DNA of 64,000 bases from Eledone cirrhosa (GCA_964016885.1 OZ024742.1:5704001-5768000); one strand, 5' to 3'. Positions 28,131-40,819 are shown, counted from the stretch's first letter. The notes: a model not told the origin generated them from the letters alone. Translations and numbers: made by a program.

Positions 28131-28349
28131 CCATGTTGAAATGGATAAAAAAAAAAATATTTTTACACAAATACGAATACGACACCCCGTAAAGGGGTGT
28201 CGTATTATTTATTAGTGAACCCCTGTATTAGGTGGGTCACTTCTTCTAAACTTTTATCAAATTTAAAACTTGAATAAAAGGTTTAGAACGGTTGAAAAAG
28301 AGGTAAAACGTTGAAAAAGACTGGAAACGATAAGAAGCATGGCTTCACC

Positions 28350-28535
28350 AACAATAATAATAATAATAATTGTTTCTACTTTTGGCACAAGGCCAGCAAT
28401 TATCCCAGTGCATTACTGGTACTTTATTTTATTGACCCCGTAAGGCTGAAAGGCGGGATTTGAACTCAGATCATAAAGGGAGGTAACTCTATGCTTCAAA
28501 GCATGGCGTCCGACCCTTACAGATACTGCCAATCC
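28350..28535 (-). mobile_element. tRNA-derived SINE with (ATT)n tail
   Basis: The reverse strand has GGATTGGCAGTATC, B-box GAGTTCAAATCCCGCC, core GGGGTCAATAAAATAAAGTACCAG and tail GGCCTTGTGCCAAAAGTAGAAAC(AATT..). Same family as the copies at 39650, 43885, 63208 and 63393. Confidence 0.85.
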
Positions 28536-28798
28536 AAATAATAATAATGCTTTCTTTATTAACCACAAGGGTCTACATAAAGTAGACATTAAGGACAGTA
28601 CAGGACAATACAGGGCGGTACAAATGGGCATTTCTGCGTGTAAAAAACAAGAAACAGAGGATGTAATAATAGAACAATGAAAAAATTCCCCAATAGGAGG
28701 GAGACTTCCGAGGGACCTTCGTGGAGAAAGCCCATTAAAAAGCCACAGTGACCCTGATCACCAGGGCAAGTGCCTTCTCCCAGTTTTCCACCTTTAAG

Positions 28799-31700
28799 TT
28801 ACAGACACATACTCAGAGTAGGCCCATTCACTGGGGCCATTCTTGCCTCTCTCACCCATCTTTCAACAAAATGCTGGGAAGAGAGCACTTCCCTTTCTAC
28901 CCTGATTTTCCTTTTCAAATGAAATTTTAAAAAGTTAATCAGGGCATCACCGAAGAGGTAAGTGCTCGTCTTCAGCCCTTTCAAACGTGTCCACCATACT
29001 ATCTCTTTCGCCATGGCCACCAGACAGATAAAAACTGCCTGCCCTTCCCGGCTAAAGGAAGAGGGCGGGGCAATCCTCACGATGGACTCAGCTGATAGCT
29101 GGATCCGTCCTGCACGCGACAGCAGGTGTTCGAATTAAACCCACAAGTCAGCAATGCTCGGACACTGGACGAGTGCGTGCAGGACGGTTTCGTCGCCCTG
29201 CGCGCATCTCGGACATGCCCGGCTGACGGCACTTCCATGCCTGTAGAGTTTATCCCGAACTGGCAAAGCTCCTCGGTAGCACTGCCAGGCCAGGGATTTC
29301 TGGAAGTTGTCCATAGGCCCCGGCCCGAAAGTTCTTCCGAAGAGCTTGGCTAGTTGATTTTCGTCGATGCCTAGAGTTTCCCCAAGTACGTCGTCGCTCT
29401 TCCCCTCCACTAATCCTCTATAGAACGCCAAGGTGGAGTTTCCACCGATCACATTGCCCGATTGGTCGAGGGCTGTGAGTGCCTGAAGACATTCCAGTCT
29501 CCAAGCGCTCCCTCTCGGTCTTCGCTTGACCCAGGACTGCAGTTCCGTCAAGGAGACGAGCTGGGGAAAGACGCGTCTAGCAAACGGCGACCACACCTGA
29601 TCACCGTCGAGGAGGAGGTGGAGATGTCGTAGCCTGAGCGCGTGTCTGCGCATCATCAGCCATGGTATTCCCCTCGGCCCATTTCTGGGTGAGAGAAGCC
29701 ACCCTGCTCGTCACCCCGTCCCAGTTTTTGTCTGTCTGGAGATCCGGACCGAATCAGACCCCGAGCAATTTAACCGGTCCGTCCGTCCAGCGCCCGACGA
29801 CGCTGTTGGACGCCATGGACCTGCCTCTCCAGGTGCCGAGCTGCAGGTCCCCTGACTTTTCCTGGTTGATCATTGCTCCTGTCACCGCTTTGTATTCTCT
29901 TAGTGTAGTTCCGATCGCCTCCATGTGTTTGGCGTTCGATACCACTACGGTGAATCGTCCGCATATGCTGGCACGGATCTTCCGCATCCTAGTTTGCGCG
30001 GGACGCTCCTCAACGTCTCCAGTTTGTTCAGTAATAGCTCGAGAGTCAATACGTACAAGAGGGACGAGAAGGGACATCCTTGGCGAACCGAGCGCACGAT
30101 GTTGAACGGTTCCGAAAGGTGATCGTTCACTCTCACCACAGAGCAGAGGTTGCTGTGCTTGGCAGCGATCCAGCCTCAGAAGACGGGCCCAAAGCCAGTC
30201 GCCCTCAGGACTGCCGCTAGGTAACGATGGTCGACCCTATCGAAAGCTTTCGACTGATCTAAATTGATCAAGGACCCACCCGTGCCTGGTTCCCTAGCTA
30301 CCGTCTCTACGATGTATCGCATGAGGTGGAGGTTGTCGTGGATGGATCTGTCGGGAATGGCGCATGTCTGCGCCTCTCCCACCAGACCACCAACAACAAG
30401 CGCCAACCTCTTTGCTAGCACTTTGGCCAAAATCTTGAACTCTGTGTTTAGCAGAGTTATGGGCCTAAAATTATCTATGTTATCCCCCTTGTTCGGATCC
30501 TTTCTCAGCAGCGCCACAGCTCCTCGTCTCACAGAGCTGGGAATTCTCCCGTTCTGTTGCCAGTTGCAGTAGACGTCCGCCAAGAGGCCTCCGAACAAGT
30601 CTGGCATCTGTACGTAAAGTTCATAGGGCAGACCATCCAAACCAGGCGATTTACCCCTTGTGCAGCCAGTCATTGCCTCCCGTACTTCAGCGGCTGTTAT
30701 CGACTTTTCGCAACACTCCGCCTCAGTGGCCGAGAGCTGCGGCAGTCCGTCGAGGTAGACACTAAAGTCCATCCCTCGACCCGGCCCGCCGCTGCCCCCG
30801 AACAGCTGAGCGAAGCGTCGCTGAAAAGCTTCACACATTTGGCCCGGATCGAGTAGCATGCGCCCGTCGTGGTCCACCAAAGACCGGATCGTGGCTTTGT
30901 TGCCACGACGCGCCTCCGCCACTCGGGCCCATTGAACGGCTTTCGTCCCCTCGTGTCTGAGAGCACGCACCCTAGCTCTGACAACGCAGCCTTCGTGCTT
31001 TGCATTGAAGAATTGGTCAAGAGCCAATTTCGCCGCAAGTACGTCGGTCGCGATGCCTTTGCTAAGCGCCTCGTCTAATTTTCTAACTAATTCTCCCTCT
31101 GCTCTATTTTTCTCTATTGCTAAAGCCTTACTAAACCTAATGGACTCTATTCTAATTGCTCTTTTCAGAGCAAACCACCACTTGTTGTTGACGATGGCCC
31201 CCGTCAACGCCCGCTTAACTAGTTCGCTAATCCGGTTTCTGTAGGCCTTGCGCGCTGGCAAGGACGCGTTTAGCTTCCAGTAGCCGAGTCCTCGTCTATG
31301 AAGCCTATCTAAGTCAAGCACACAGATCACGAATTTGTGGTCCGTGTAGCTGACTATCTTGAATTGTGGACAGCCTATGCTAGACCTATCTATTTCCTTA
31401 CAAAATACTCTATCTAGATATGATCTGGATGACCCTATGCGACTTGTCCAAGTCCACATTGGCACATTCGGGAAATCCAATCGGTACCTGTCAGACAGTT
31501 CAAAACGCCTGAGCAGGTTGGTGAGGCTCTTGCACCCTCCTCCCATATCCGCTAATCCCACACAGTCCCAGCGCATATCTAAGATCCCGTTCCAGTCGCC
31601 CACTAACACTAAAGAACGGGACTTTCCAAGAAAGGTCTCCAGACGCCGGAAGAAATCAGGCCGCCCTGCTCCTGTTGGGGCATAGACGGCCACTAGCCTG

Positions 31701-32006
31701 AAAGCTTTCCCGTCTCCGCTGGTCACGTCTAGCACCACCAACTTACCTTCTGGGTCCTGTAAGATGGTCCAAACCTCTCCGAAAAAGCACAGCAACTCCC
31801 CCCCCCCCCGATCCAGGACGGCTGGGAGATGCGTACATATCGTAGCCGCCGAAGATCGGTGCGAAGGCGCGTGCTTCGAAGATTCTGGTCTCGCTGATGG
31901 CCACTACATCTATGTTTAGTGACCTGAGGTCGTTGAGCAGGTGGCCCTGCTTCCATGACGACCCCAAGCCACGCGCTTGTATGCTGCCTATTCTGAGTGA
32001 GGTCAT
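28799..32006 (-). pseudogene. ORF2 of Tx1 copy B (APE-RT-zinc finger), frameshifted, with an internal deletion
   Basis: ORF pieces 31743-32006, 30176-31795, 29945-30139 (YADD), 29754-30077, 29135-29656 (CPRC..ETVLHALVQC) and 28799-29080. About 200 bp present in copy A are missing near 29670. Confidence 0.92.
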
Positions 32007-32040
32007 GTTGAAATGGAGTGGAAAAGATGGGAAAGACCAC

Positions 32041-33965
32041 TTACCTTACTTCTCGTAGAGGAAGGATGGTTTGTCCATCCTTTTCACTGCTTGTGGCCTC
32101 CTCCGGAAGGATGTCCTTATAAATCCTCCTGGAGAGTGTTTGTCGGAAGTCTCCGATGTCTTTGGGGAATTTTTGTTTTAGTGTCGTGTACGTTTTCTGT
32201 GTGATGCGAGTGATTTGTATGTGTGGAGGTGGTGTGAACTTTTGGGTTTTTGCGTAGTCTTTTTCTGTGATGCTGGTGTTGTGTTGGATGTAGTGTAATA
32301 ATTGGTTGTTGTTCAAATTTAATGCTATGTAGTGTGTATCGTTTTTGTTGTTTTGTTTTGTTTGCGTTTGTCGTGGGTTTGTTTCTGTTACACTTTTTGG
32401 TGACCTTTGTGGTGTTGGTGATGGTGGTGTTGGGGATAATGATGGTGATGGTGTTGGTGTTTGTGGTGATGGGATTGGTGGTGCTGGTGTGGATGGTGGC
32501 ATATCTGTCCTAACATTTTTGTTTGATAATTTATTTGTTTCCCTCTGTATTTTGTTTTTGGAGGGAGAAGGAAGAGAATTTTTTCTTATTTGGTTTCTTT
32601 TTTCTTTTTTCCTGATACCGTTTCCCACTCCTCGTCGTCACAATCTGTCTCCAGTTGTGATAGGCCGGGGAGTGGAAAATCCTCCACAGGCGTTGGTTTT
32701 GGTTGTGGCGTGGTGGATGGTGTAGGCGCTGGTGCCAGTTCTGGCGCGTTGGGTGGTGGTGGTGTTAGTTTTGCTACTGTTGCTGGGGTTGTTGCTGTTA
32801 CAGTTGCTTCTGTTGTTGCTGCTACAGTTGTTGCTGCCATTTCTGCTGCTGGTGGTGTTGATGGTTGAGTCACTGGGGTGGGTAAGAGAGGTGGTCTCAA
32901 CCTTTTAGCCTGAGGGCAGAAAGCCCTTAGGTGGGTTCCTTCACCACAAACGACACACCTAGGCCTTCTGCCCTCGACGATCACGGTGAGGTGGCTGCCG
33001 TCAGTGAGGTCTATTACCTCTGGGATCTCCTCAATGCTTTTTTGGTCCGCTTGGATCAGGAGTTCCATCCCAGATCCGGACCAGTTCTCTTGCTTTTCTT
33101 TCGCTATTTCGATTATCTTGGTGTTCGCTTCGATACCGGCGAGCACGGCAGCTATTACCCAGGGAATTTCGATGGCCGGTGGAACGTGGGTGACCCTGAT
33201 CTTTACGAGTATCTGGCCACAATAGCTTGGGACGAGTGTGAAGTCGTCACTTCTTAATGGGGCCATGGAGTGTTCTCTGGCCTCCTGTGGTGTTTCAAAG
33301 AACACGTCCACGGTTCCAGATTTCTGCCCACGTCTGATGTGTGTTTTTTTTGCCCACACATGTCCCAAAGCTTTTTGGATTTGGGACTCGGATGCCCGTT
33401 CCACTCGGCGCGATTTTATGTTACTTGTCCGATAAGACACGGTGCATAGGCGACGATGCTCCATTTTATTAGGTGGGGAGGTGAGGCTGACCCTGTACCC
33501 ATCTTTCTTTACCATTTTTTTGGCTTCTTCTAATTCCTCCTGATTTACCTGGAATGCTTCGCACTGTTTTGCTACTCTGGCAAAACTCAGGGTGGTTTTC
33601 TTAATTTCATTGTTGCTGTTGTTGTTATCGTTATTTTTGTTATTGTTAATTTTAGTTTCAGTTGTGGTGGTGGTGGCGTCAGTGGTGTTCGGTGTGGAAG
33701 AGTTAATTTTGGTTGAATTCATTTCGATATCACGAGTTAATTTATTTTTTTCTTTTGTTTCTGTTGTCGCTGTGTTGGTGGTGGGTGTGGCGGCTTTAAC
33801 ACCTGCAGTCATTGGTAATGGCGGGAACTGAATGTCTGCCTGAGACAAATTTAAAATATTGCTACTGCTTATATTTTTAGTGTTGGCAAACGTAGTAATA
33901 TTTACAATGGTGGTGTCGGTGTGAGGTGTTAGTTTGTGAGGAAGGTGTGACACTGAGTCGTCCAT
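32041..33965 (-). pseudogene. ORF1 of Tx1 copy B (459-aa ORF plus frameshifted C-terminal part)
   Basis: GRRPRCVVCGEGTHLRAFCP CCHC knuckle and Thr/Pro-rich linkers. The C-terminal KQKFP..IGDFR block is shared with copy A. Confidence 0.85.
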
Positions 33966-34180
33966 GATTTTTCAAAGAAAAATCTTCGTTTGATAATTAT
34001 AAAAGTTTAACATTTTGGGCTCAAGGCCCCAATCTTTTTGAGTGTCCTTTTCAGAAATCAATTTGTGTGCACTTATATACAGTTAACAATAAAAATTTTC
34101 CATAAATGCCAATTTTAAACAACTAAAAGTAACAAACCTTTGCGGAGCTCACGATAATACGATTTACTACGAAGGTCGCC

Positions 34181-34231
<51 letters not shown>
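34181..34231. repeat. (AAT)n microsatellite
   Basis: Pure AAT run at the 5' flank of Tx1 copy B. Confidence 0.95.
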
Positions 34232-34233
<2 letters not shown>

Positions 34234-35214
34234 GGAAGGGAAGAAGACGCACGTGGTGGATAGAAGGTCATGAAATCGCTCCCGTAAGTTTTTGATTTTT
34301 AACATATTTAAATCAATTGTGAAATAACAATTCTTAGTACAAATGATACATAAAGCATCCGACTCAAGTCTCAGAAAAATTCGGATCCATAATATCCTGT
34401 TATAACGCTCAAATATTCAATTTTGTATTATACATTTTATATTCAAAAAAGAAAATTGTTATAAATGGGAGAAAACCTCCTCTGTCTACACTATTTAGAA
34501 CAGCCAAATAACAGCAATTTCACCAACACCAGAAACTAGATACATCACCTACCCCATGACCCCTATGTGTACACTAAATACAACTGCCAGATAACGGCAA
34601 TTCACCACCACCACCTCCAATCTCAGCATAATAATAATAATTACTATTATTATTGTCTCAAGTTTTAACAAAATGTTTAATTCCAATATTAAGGGGAATA
34701 TGTCAACACATATATTAAACATGCACGACAAACGCATAGATACACAGATCAAACAAAACTACAGCCTATTCAACAACACTCAGTAACGACAACGCCATCA
34801 CTATAGTCACCGCCGCCACCACTCCATCCATCATTGCCACCACTATCCCAACACCGCCGCCACCACTCCTTCATTGCTACCACCACTATTCCCCCATTAC
34901 CTTCTGTTAACTTAAGAAAGGGGAAGGGGGCGGTATCACTAGACAAGGGAGAGGCTAACAAAAGATATAAATAGATTGACTTAGTGACCCGGCCACCGGC
35001 CAAACGTCAACGACTATGGCACTGCTGGCTCCCCCCTTCCCCACCAACAATAGAAAAAGCCCCAGCACCACCACCGACATAGCCAACAACAATAACAGGC
35101 AACTTCAGCAAAAAGTATATTATATTATTAATAATTTCATTCTTAAGCCACGCAATGCTCACATTAAGGAACCACTCATGATAATAACAATTTAAAAAAC
35201 AACAAAAAAGAAAA

Positions 35215-38200
35215 CCCCGTGACCAAGAAATACCGGGATGGCGGCCGGCGGGGAATAGCCGTGTCTCTAGGGGAGGACGACCCCTCTAGTCTTGGTTGAC
35301 ACTCGTCCTAGAAGTGGTAACACGAAATGATTACCCCTTGGCGGATAAGGATAAAACGCGACAAAATAAAGTAAATGTCTAATGATAAAATCTCATACCG
35401 GATCGGCCGTCACCCGGGTCAAAAAGAGCCGCGTCCCTCAGAGAGGAACTGGACTGGGGTCGAAAAATCAGCTAATGGTTCAAACCTTCCCATCACTTCG
35501 GAGCTGGAGACCTCCCATAACCGGAATATTCCTACTGTTGGCCCTCCATGCCCACCACCAAGAAATCCAAAGAAAAAGATAGAAAATGGTCAAGGGAAGA
35601 TAATAAAGAAGTCCTTGAGGCTTTCTACACTGCCATGTACTACCCATCAAATACATCGAGTACAGAACAGACATATATCAACTGGAAAAAGAAACATCCC
35701 GAAAACAGAGGCTATATTGACAGTGACAAACTAGCCAATATACGAAGAAATATTGTTAAAAAAAAGTTACTAACTGATATTTCTATATCAGTTAGTAACT
35801 TTTTGTTCAGATCAAGCTATTAGCACAAAGTCAGCGAAGGGAAAATGAAACATGTGTAAGTGAAAACGAGGTAAATTGTAACACTTCGAATCCCAGGGTT
35901 GGGGCGGAATCACTGACAACAGAACAAATTAAAGAAAGGATTGAAAAAATAGAGGGAGTGCATGCTCAAGATGAAACTCCAAATGAAAACAATGAGATCG
36001 TAAATGATGAAGAAATGATTGAGAATGAACTTGCCAACTTGAAGGATGAAATTATGATCGAATGGATGAAAATGAAAGAATCTGACATGGGGGAACGAGA
36101 CACCCTCCCTAAGATCCAGAACTCCAAACAGAACCAAAAGATAATATACAAGACTAACATAATTCTCAAAAACATTATCATCACAAACAAACTAAACATT
36201 ACTGATTTAAATCATCTCTATTATGTATCGGCTAAAGTCACCACTCACTTATGTGGAGTGAAGATGAAAAAACAAAGGAATTCCCACAAAAAATCTACTT
36301 GGCAAGAGAACATCAATCGCCAAATAAACCTTCTCCGATCTGACATAGAAATTTTAACAAACTATACTGTAGGTGAACATGTTAAAAAAACTAAACTTAG
36401 CAAATTGAAAAGAAAGTACACTATAAAATCAACATGTGACATAGAAATAATCAAGCAAAAAGTGTCGGCCAAAGCTGCTCGTATAAGGCGCTTTGAAAAA
36501 CGATCTAGATTCTATAAGGACAATAATATGTTCAAAAACAACCAAAGAAACTTCTACAGAAAAATTGGTAAGTCAACAATAACTGCTAAATCAATACCAC
36601 CCAAGGAGGAAGTGCAAGAATTCTGGGAAAAGATCTGGGCCGAAGAAAAAATTCATAATATACATGCCCCATGAAAGATACAGCTCACCTTGAGGAACAA
36701 ATATGGGAAAATATAACAGTTGAACAGTTGCGTTTGGCTCTAAGAAAAACCAGCAAATGGAAATCCCCAGGAAAAGACAAAATACAAAATTTTTGGATAA
36801 ATGCCTTCACAGTCTCATGAGCTGTTAGCCCAACTTTACAATGAAATAGTTAAGGAGCCAGGAAAGATAACATCATGGCTTGTTAACGGCATTACATTCC
36901 TGCTTCCGAAGAATGATGAGACAAACAATCCCAAAAATTACAGACCGATAACTTGCTTGACCACAATGTATAAAATTTTAACATCAGTCCTAACTGAATA
37001 TACATATGACCACCTGATAACAAATGACCTATTTCCCATTGAGCAGAAAGGGTGTAAACGAGGCTGTAAGGATAAGCTTTTGGTTAACAAAATGATACTG
37101 GAAGATTGTCATAATAGACACAAAAATCTATCAATTGCTTGGATAGATTATAAAAAAGCATTCGATAGTTTGCCACACAGTTGGATTGAAAAATGTTTAG
37201 AGATTTTCAAAATATCTCCCGTTGTCAGTAGGTTTTTGTCATTCAGTATGAAGACATGGCAAACGACACTCCTTTTGAATAGTGAAAAGGAAACACTGGA
37301 AGCTAGAGAAGTTAATATTAATTGTGGAATTTTTCAGGGTGACTCTTTATCACCGCTTTTATTCTGCATCGCACTTATACCATTAAGTAAAATGCTCAAT
37401 GAAACAAAACATGGATATAGAGTCTATGACAAAACCATTAATCACTTGTTCTACATGGATGACCTGAAACTATTTGCAAAAAATGATGAACAATTGCAAG
37501 GGCTATTATCCACTGTGGAGCAGTTCAGTGATGACATTAAAAGGGAGTTTGGACTAGATAAATGCGCCAAAGCAACGTTCACCAGAGGAAAGCTGCTGAA
37601 GAGTTCAGACATTAATCTTGATCGGGGGAACGTGATAAGAGAACTTGATCAAGAAAAAACTTACAAATATCTAGGTGTTTGTGAAGGAGACGGAATCAAG
37701 CACTCGACAATGAGGGAAAGGATAAGGAAGGAATGTTACCTCAGAGTAAGAGCAATCTTAAGAACGGAATTGAATGCAAGGAATAGGATCGATGCCATAA
37801 ACACGTTTGCCATACCAGTAGTAACCTACAGTTACAATGTCATCAACTTTGCAAGCACAGAGATCCGTAGGCTCGATACAAAAATTCGAAAATTCTTAAC
37901 CATGCACAGAATGCATCACCCTAAGGCAGATACAGATAGAATATATCTCCCTAGGAAAGAAGGAGGACGTGGGTTAATCCAGTTAGACATTGCGTTGAAA
38001 ACTGCAACAATTGGATTATCTACATATCTAAGGGAATCACATGATTGGATGATCAAACTCGTTTTGAAACACGAAAGCATCAAAAGATGCACAAAGATAC
38101 AGTAATGGACTACAAATTTCAGAAGTCCCATTTACTGCTGAAATGGAAAACACAGAAAAACACAGAAAAAGCAAAGCAAAGCAAAGCAGGTAAAAGTAAC

Positions 38201-39171
38201 TGCAAAGAAAGAACTGCTACAGAAACTGGCTAAGAAATGGCAAGAAAAGCCTCTGTATGCAAAATACCCAGAACGAGCTAACAATCCTGATGTTGACAAA
38301 ACTTTAACCCATCAGTGGTTGGCATCCTCTGGACTGAAATCGGAGACTGAAGGACTGATTATATCGGCTCAAGATCAGTGTCTGCCAACAAAAAATTACC
38401 AAGCCAACATAATAAAAAATGGATGCAGCTCATTATGCCGTGTATGTAAAAAACAACCAGAGACCATTGACCATATAATTTCAATGTGCAGTCCTATAGC
38501 TCCAACCGAATACCTAAACAGGCATGACAGAGCTGCACAATACATACATTGGATAATGTGTAAGCATTTTGACCTGCCCCATCAAAAGAATTGGTGGGAG
38601 CATCAACCACCTCCCATACTTGAAAAAGATCACATCGCAATCTTGTGGAACTTTAGCATCCAAACAGACCGAAAAATAGATGCAAATAGACCTGATATAA
38701 TATTGAAGGACTTTCAAAAGAGGGTATGCCTTCTAATTGATATGTCCGTTCCAATAGAGAAGAATGTATCTATAAAAACATTTGAAAAATTGAGCAAGTA
38801 TAAGGACCTGGAGATAGAAATTGGAAAAATGTGGAAATTGAGAACTAAAACAATACCAGTGGTTGTAGGCGCTCTAGGAATGATACCTAAGGGGTCTAAT
38901 GATTACTTATCGCAAATCCCAGGAAATCCGCGTATAGGAGAAATACAAAAGATAGTACTAATGGGAACTGTCCATATACTAAGGAAGATTCTGTCAATAT
39001 AAGTACATCACAAGTCTAAACACCTAAAGATGCATGTGTGAGTATGTATGTTCTTTCTTGAACATGGCGGACCTTGTTGTCTCTTGAGGTCACTGGTTGT
39101 GACTTGGTGATAACTCGTATGAACATAAAGCAAGATAAATGCAGCTGTAATAATAATAATAATAATAATAA
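35215..39171 (+). mobile_element. R4/Dong-clade non-LTR retrotransposon (RT plus restriction-like endonuclease), decayed
   Basis: N-terminal RKWSREDNKEVLEAFY. RT motifs NYRPITCL, WIDYKKAFDS, GIFQGDSLSPL, YMDDLK. RLE region CRVC..ETIDHI..C, RHD, RPDI, ID..P, K..KY. Short 3' UTR ending in (AAT)n. The 5' limit is approximate. Confidence 0.88.
35375..39002 (+). pseudogene. Single RT-RLE polyprotein ORF broken by frameshifts and stops
   Basis: ORF pieces 35375-35734, 35548-35823, 35958-36674, 36801-38105 and 38319-39002 fall in the expected domain order. Confidence 0.88.
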
Positions 39172-39287
39172 TCTTCTTCTTCTTCTTCTTCTTCTTCTTC
39201 TTCTTCTTCTTCTTCTTCTTCTTCTTCTTCTTCTTCTTCTTCTTCTTCTTCTTCTTCTTCTTCTTCTTCTGCTTCTTCTTCTTCTTC
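39149..39287. repeat. Compound (AAT)n(CTT)n microsatellite
   Basis: Seen directly in the sequence. Confidence 0.95.
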
Positions 39288-39648
39288 TACAACTGTCGCC
39301 ACTTCAACAAATAGCTACTAAAACATTGGAACATTTCTCTTCAGCCTGATGGAACGGATCACTATTGAAAGATCTTCTAGGAGCCGCCATAATCTCTTTA
39401 TTTCCTTCCTTAGTTTTACTTACTTTGAGATACTTCCTACCTCTACAATTGTTGCTATTCATATCAACATCCACTACTGATAAATCTTTATAACATATAG
39501 TGGCTTCAGATTTAGACACAAGGTCAGTAATTTTGGCAGACGGGAAAGTCGATTATATCCCGACATTTGTACATTATTCTATGTACTATACAGGAACCTT
39601 TGATGAGTTGTAGTGCACCTGAGCACTGTACACAATAATTTCATTATT

Positions 39649-39836
39649 CAGTATCGGTAGAGGGTCGGACACCATGCTTTGACGCATAGAGTTACGGCCC
39701 TTGTCATTCTGAGTTCAAATCCCGCCGAGGTTAACTTTACCTTTCATCCTTACGGGGTCGATAAAATAAAGTACCAGTAATATACTGGTTAATTGCTGGC
39801 CTTGTGCCAAATGTAGAAACAATTATTATTATATTA
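39649..39836 (+). mobile_element. tRNA-derived SINE, slightly 5'-truncated
   Basis: B-box GAGTTCAAATCCC, core CCTTTCATCCTTACGGGGTCGATAAAATAAAGTACCAG (from recall this resembles the MetaSINE core), tail GGCCTTGTGCCAAATGTAGAAAC(AATT)ATT. Confidence 0.85.
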
Positions 39837-40358
39837 CTATATCTACTCCAGTGCGTTACTGCTGCTTTATTTTATCCACCCGTAAGAATGACAGGACACT
39901 TCCTTCACGATGTTATGACCTTTAGATACCCAGTCAAGCAATTGACCACAAGCAGGCCTCGTATGGTGACTCAAGGTGGCTGCGAACTTCTCCTTCAAAT
40001 GAAAAATCCCCGAGAATCCAACCAGCTCAAAAATACTTCCGTTCTCATTATAACTATACATGAGTTGACAATACTATTTAGGTAAAACACGTGATCACAA
40101 GTATGGTATTGTGGAATTAGTTCGAAACTGATCTTGTCCTTTAGACTGAGTGATCTACCAACTTTGGATATAAACTTTCTGACTTTTCAGTCATATATAT
40201 ATTAAATATATATATTAAAAAACAAATCATACACAAAACGCCAGCACCAACAGTTTTGCAAGAGATGTCAACATGAATGGACCTGTTATTTTTATCTGAA
40301 GACATTTTTTCCAATTCCAACCCGCCCGTCCCTTCAATCTATCTTACTTCTCATTCTT

Positions 40359-40394
40359 TCTTCTGATGAAGGACTAGCGTCTGAAACGTTAAGA
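40359..40394 (+). ncRNA. Minimal type I hammerhead ribozyme motif (Penelope pLTR type)
   Basis: TCTT-CTGATGA-AGGAC.TAGC.GTCT-GAAAC-GTT-AAGA. Stem I is TCTT/AAGA; stem III is the loopless palindrome AACGTT. Confidence 0.65.
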
Positions 40395-40487
40395 CCCTCT
40401 TCCTGCTATATCAAGCGTTAACCTAATATATCCCTTCCATATACTGTACCGATTGTGTTGTTATTTCTGTTAATCTTTTACATATAT

Positions 40488-40751
<264 letters not shown>

Positions 40752-40819
40752 TTAAAACTCTACTTCGGTATTGAGTACTCTTTTCTCTCAGCCGTCAACC
40801 ACATACATATTATACATAA

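Larger units (their letters stand above)
22416..28349 (-). mobile_element. Tx1/L1-clade non-LTR retrotransposon, copy A (near full length, disrupted)
   Basis: ORF1 fragments carry a CCHC knuckle; ORF2 carries APE and RT domains. The 3' end reads CCCTTGTGGCCAATAAAGAAATC followed by (ATT)n. The 5' end abuts AACAATAATAAT at 28350, and the same AACAAT(AAT)n lies at the 3' flank (TSD-like). Confidence 0.92.
28536..34180 (-). mobile_element. Tx1/L1-clade non-LTR retrotransposon, copy B (near full length, disrupted)
   Basis: ORF1 and ORF2 are homologous to copy A. The 3' end reads CCCTTGTGGTTAATAAAGAAAGC(ATT)n, and the 5' end GGCGACC abuts (AAT)n at 34181. Confidence 0.92.

Noticed and set aside
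22601-33831. Plus-strand ORFs overlapping the Tx1 elements
   Set aside because: They are antisense shadows of GC-rich LINE ORFs with no recognisable motifs.
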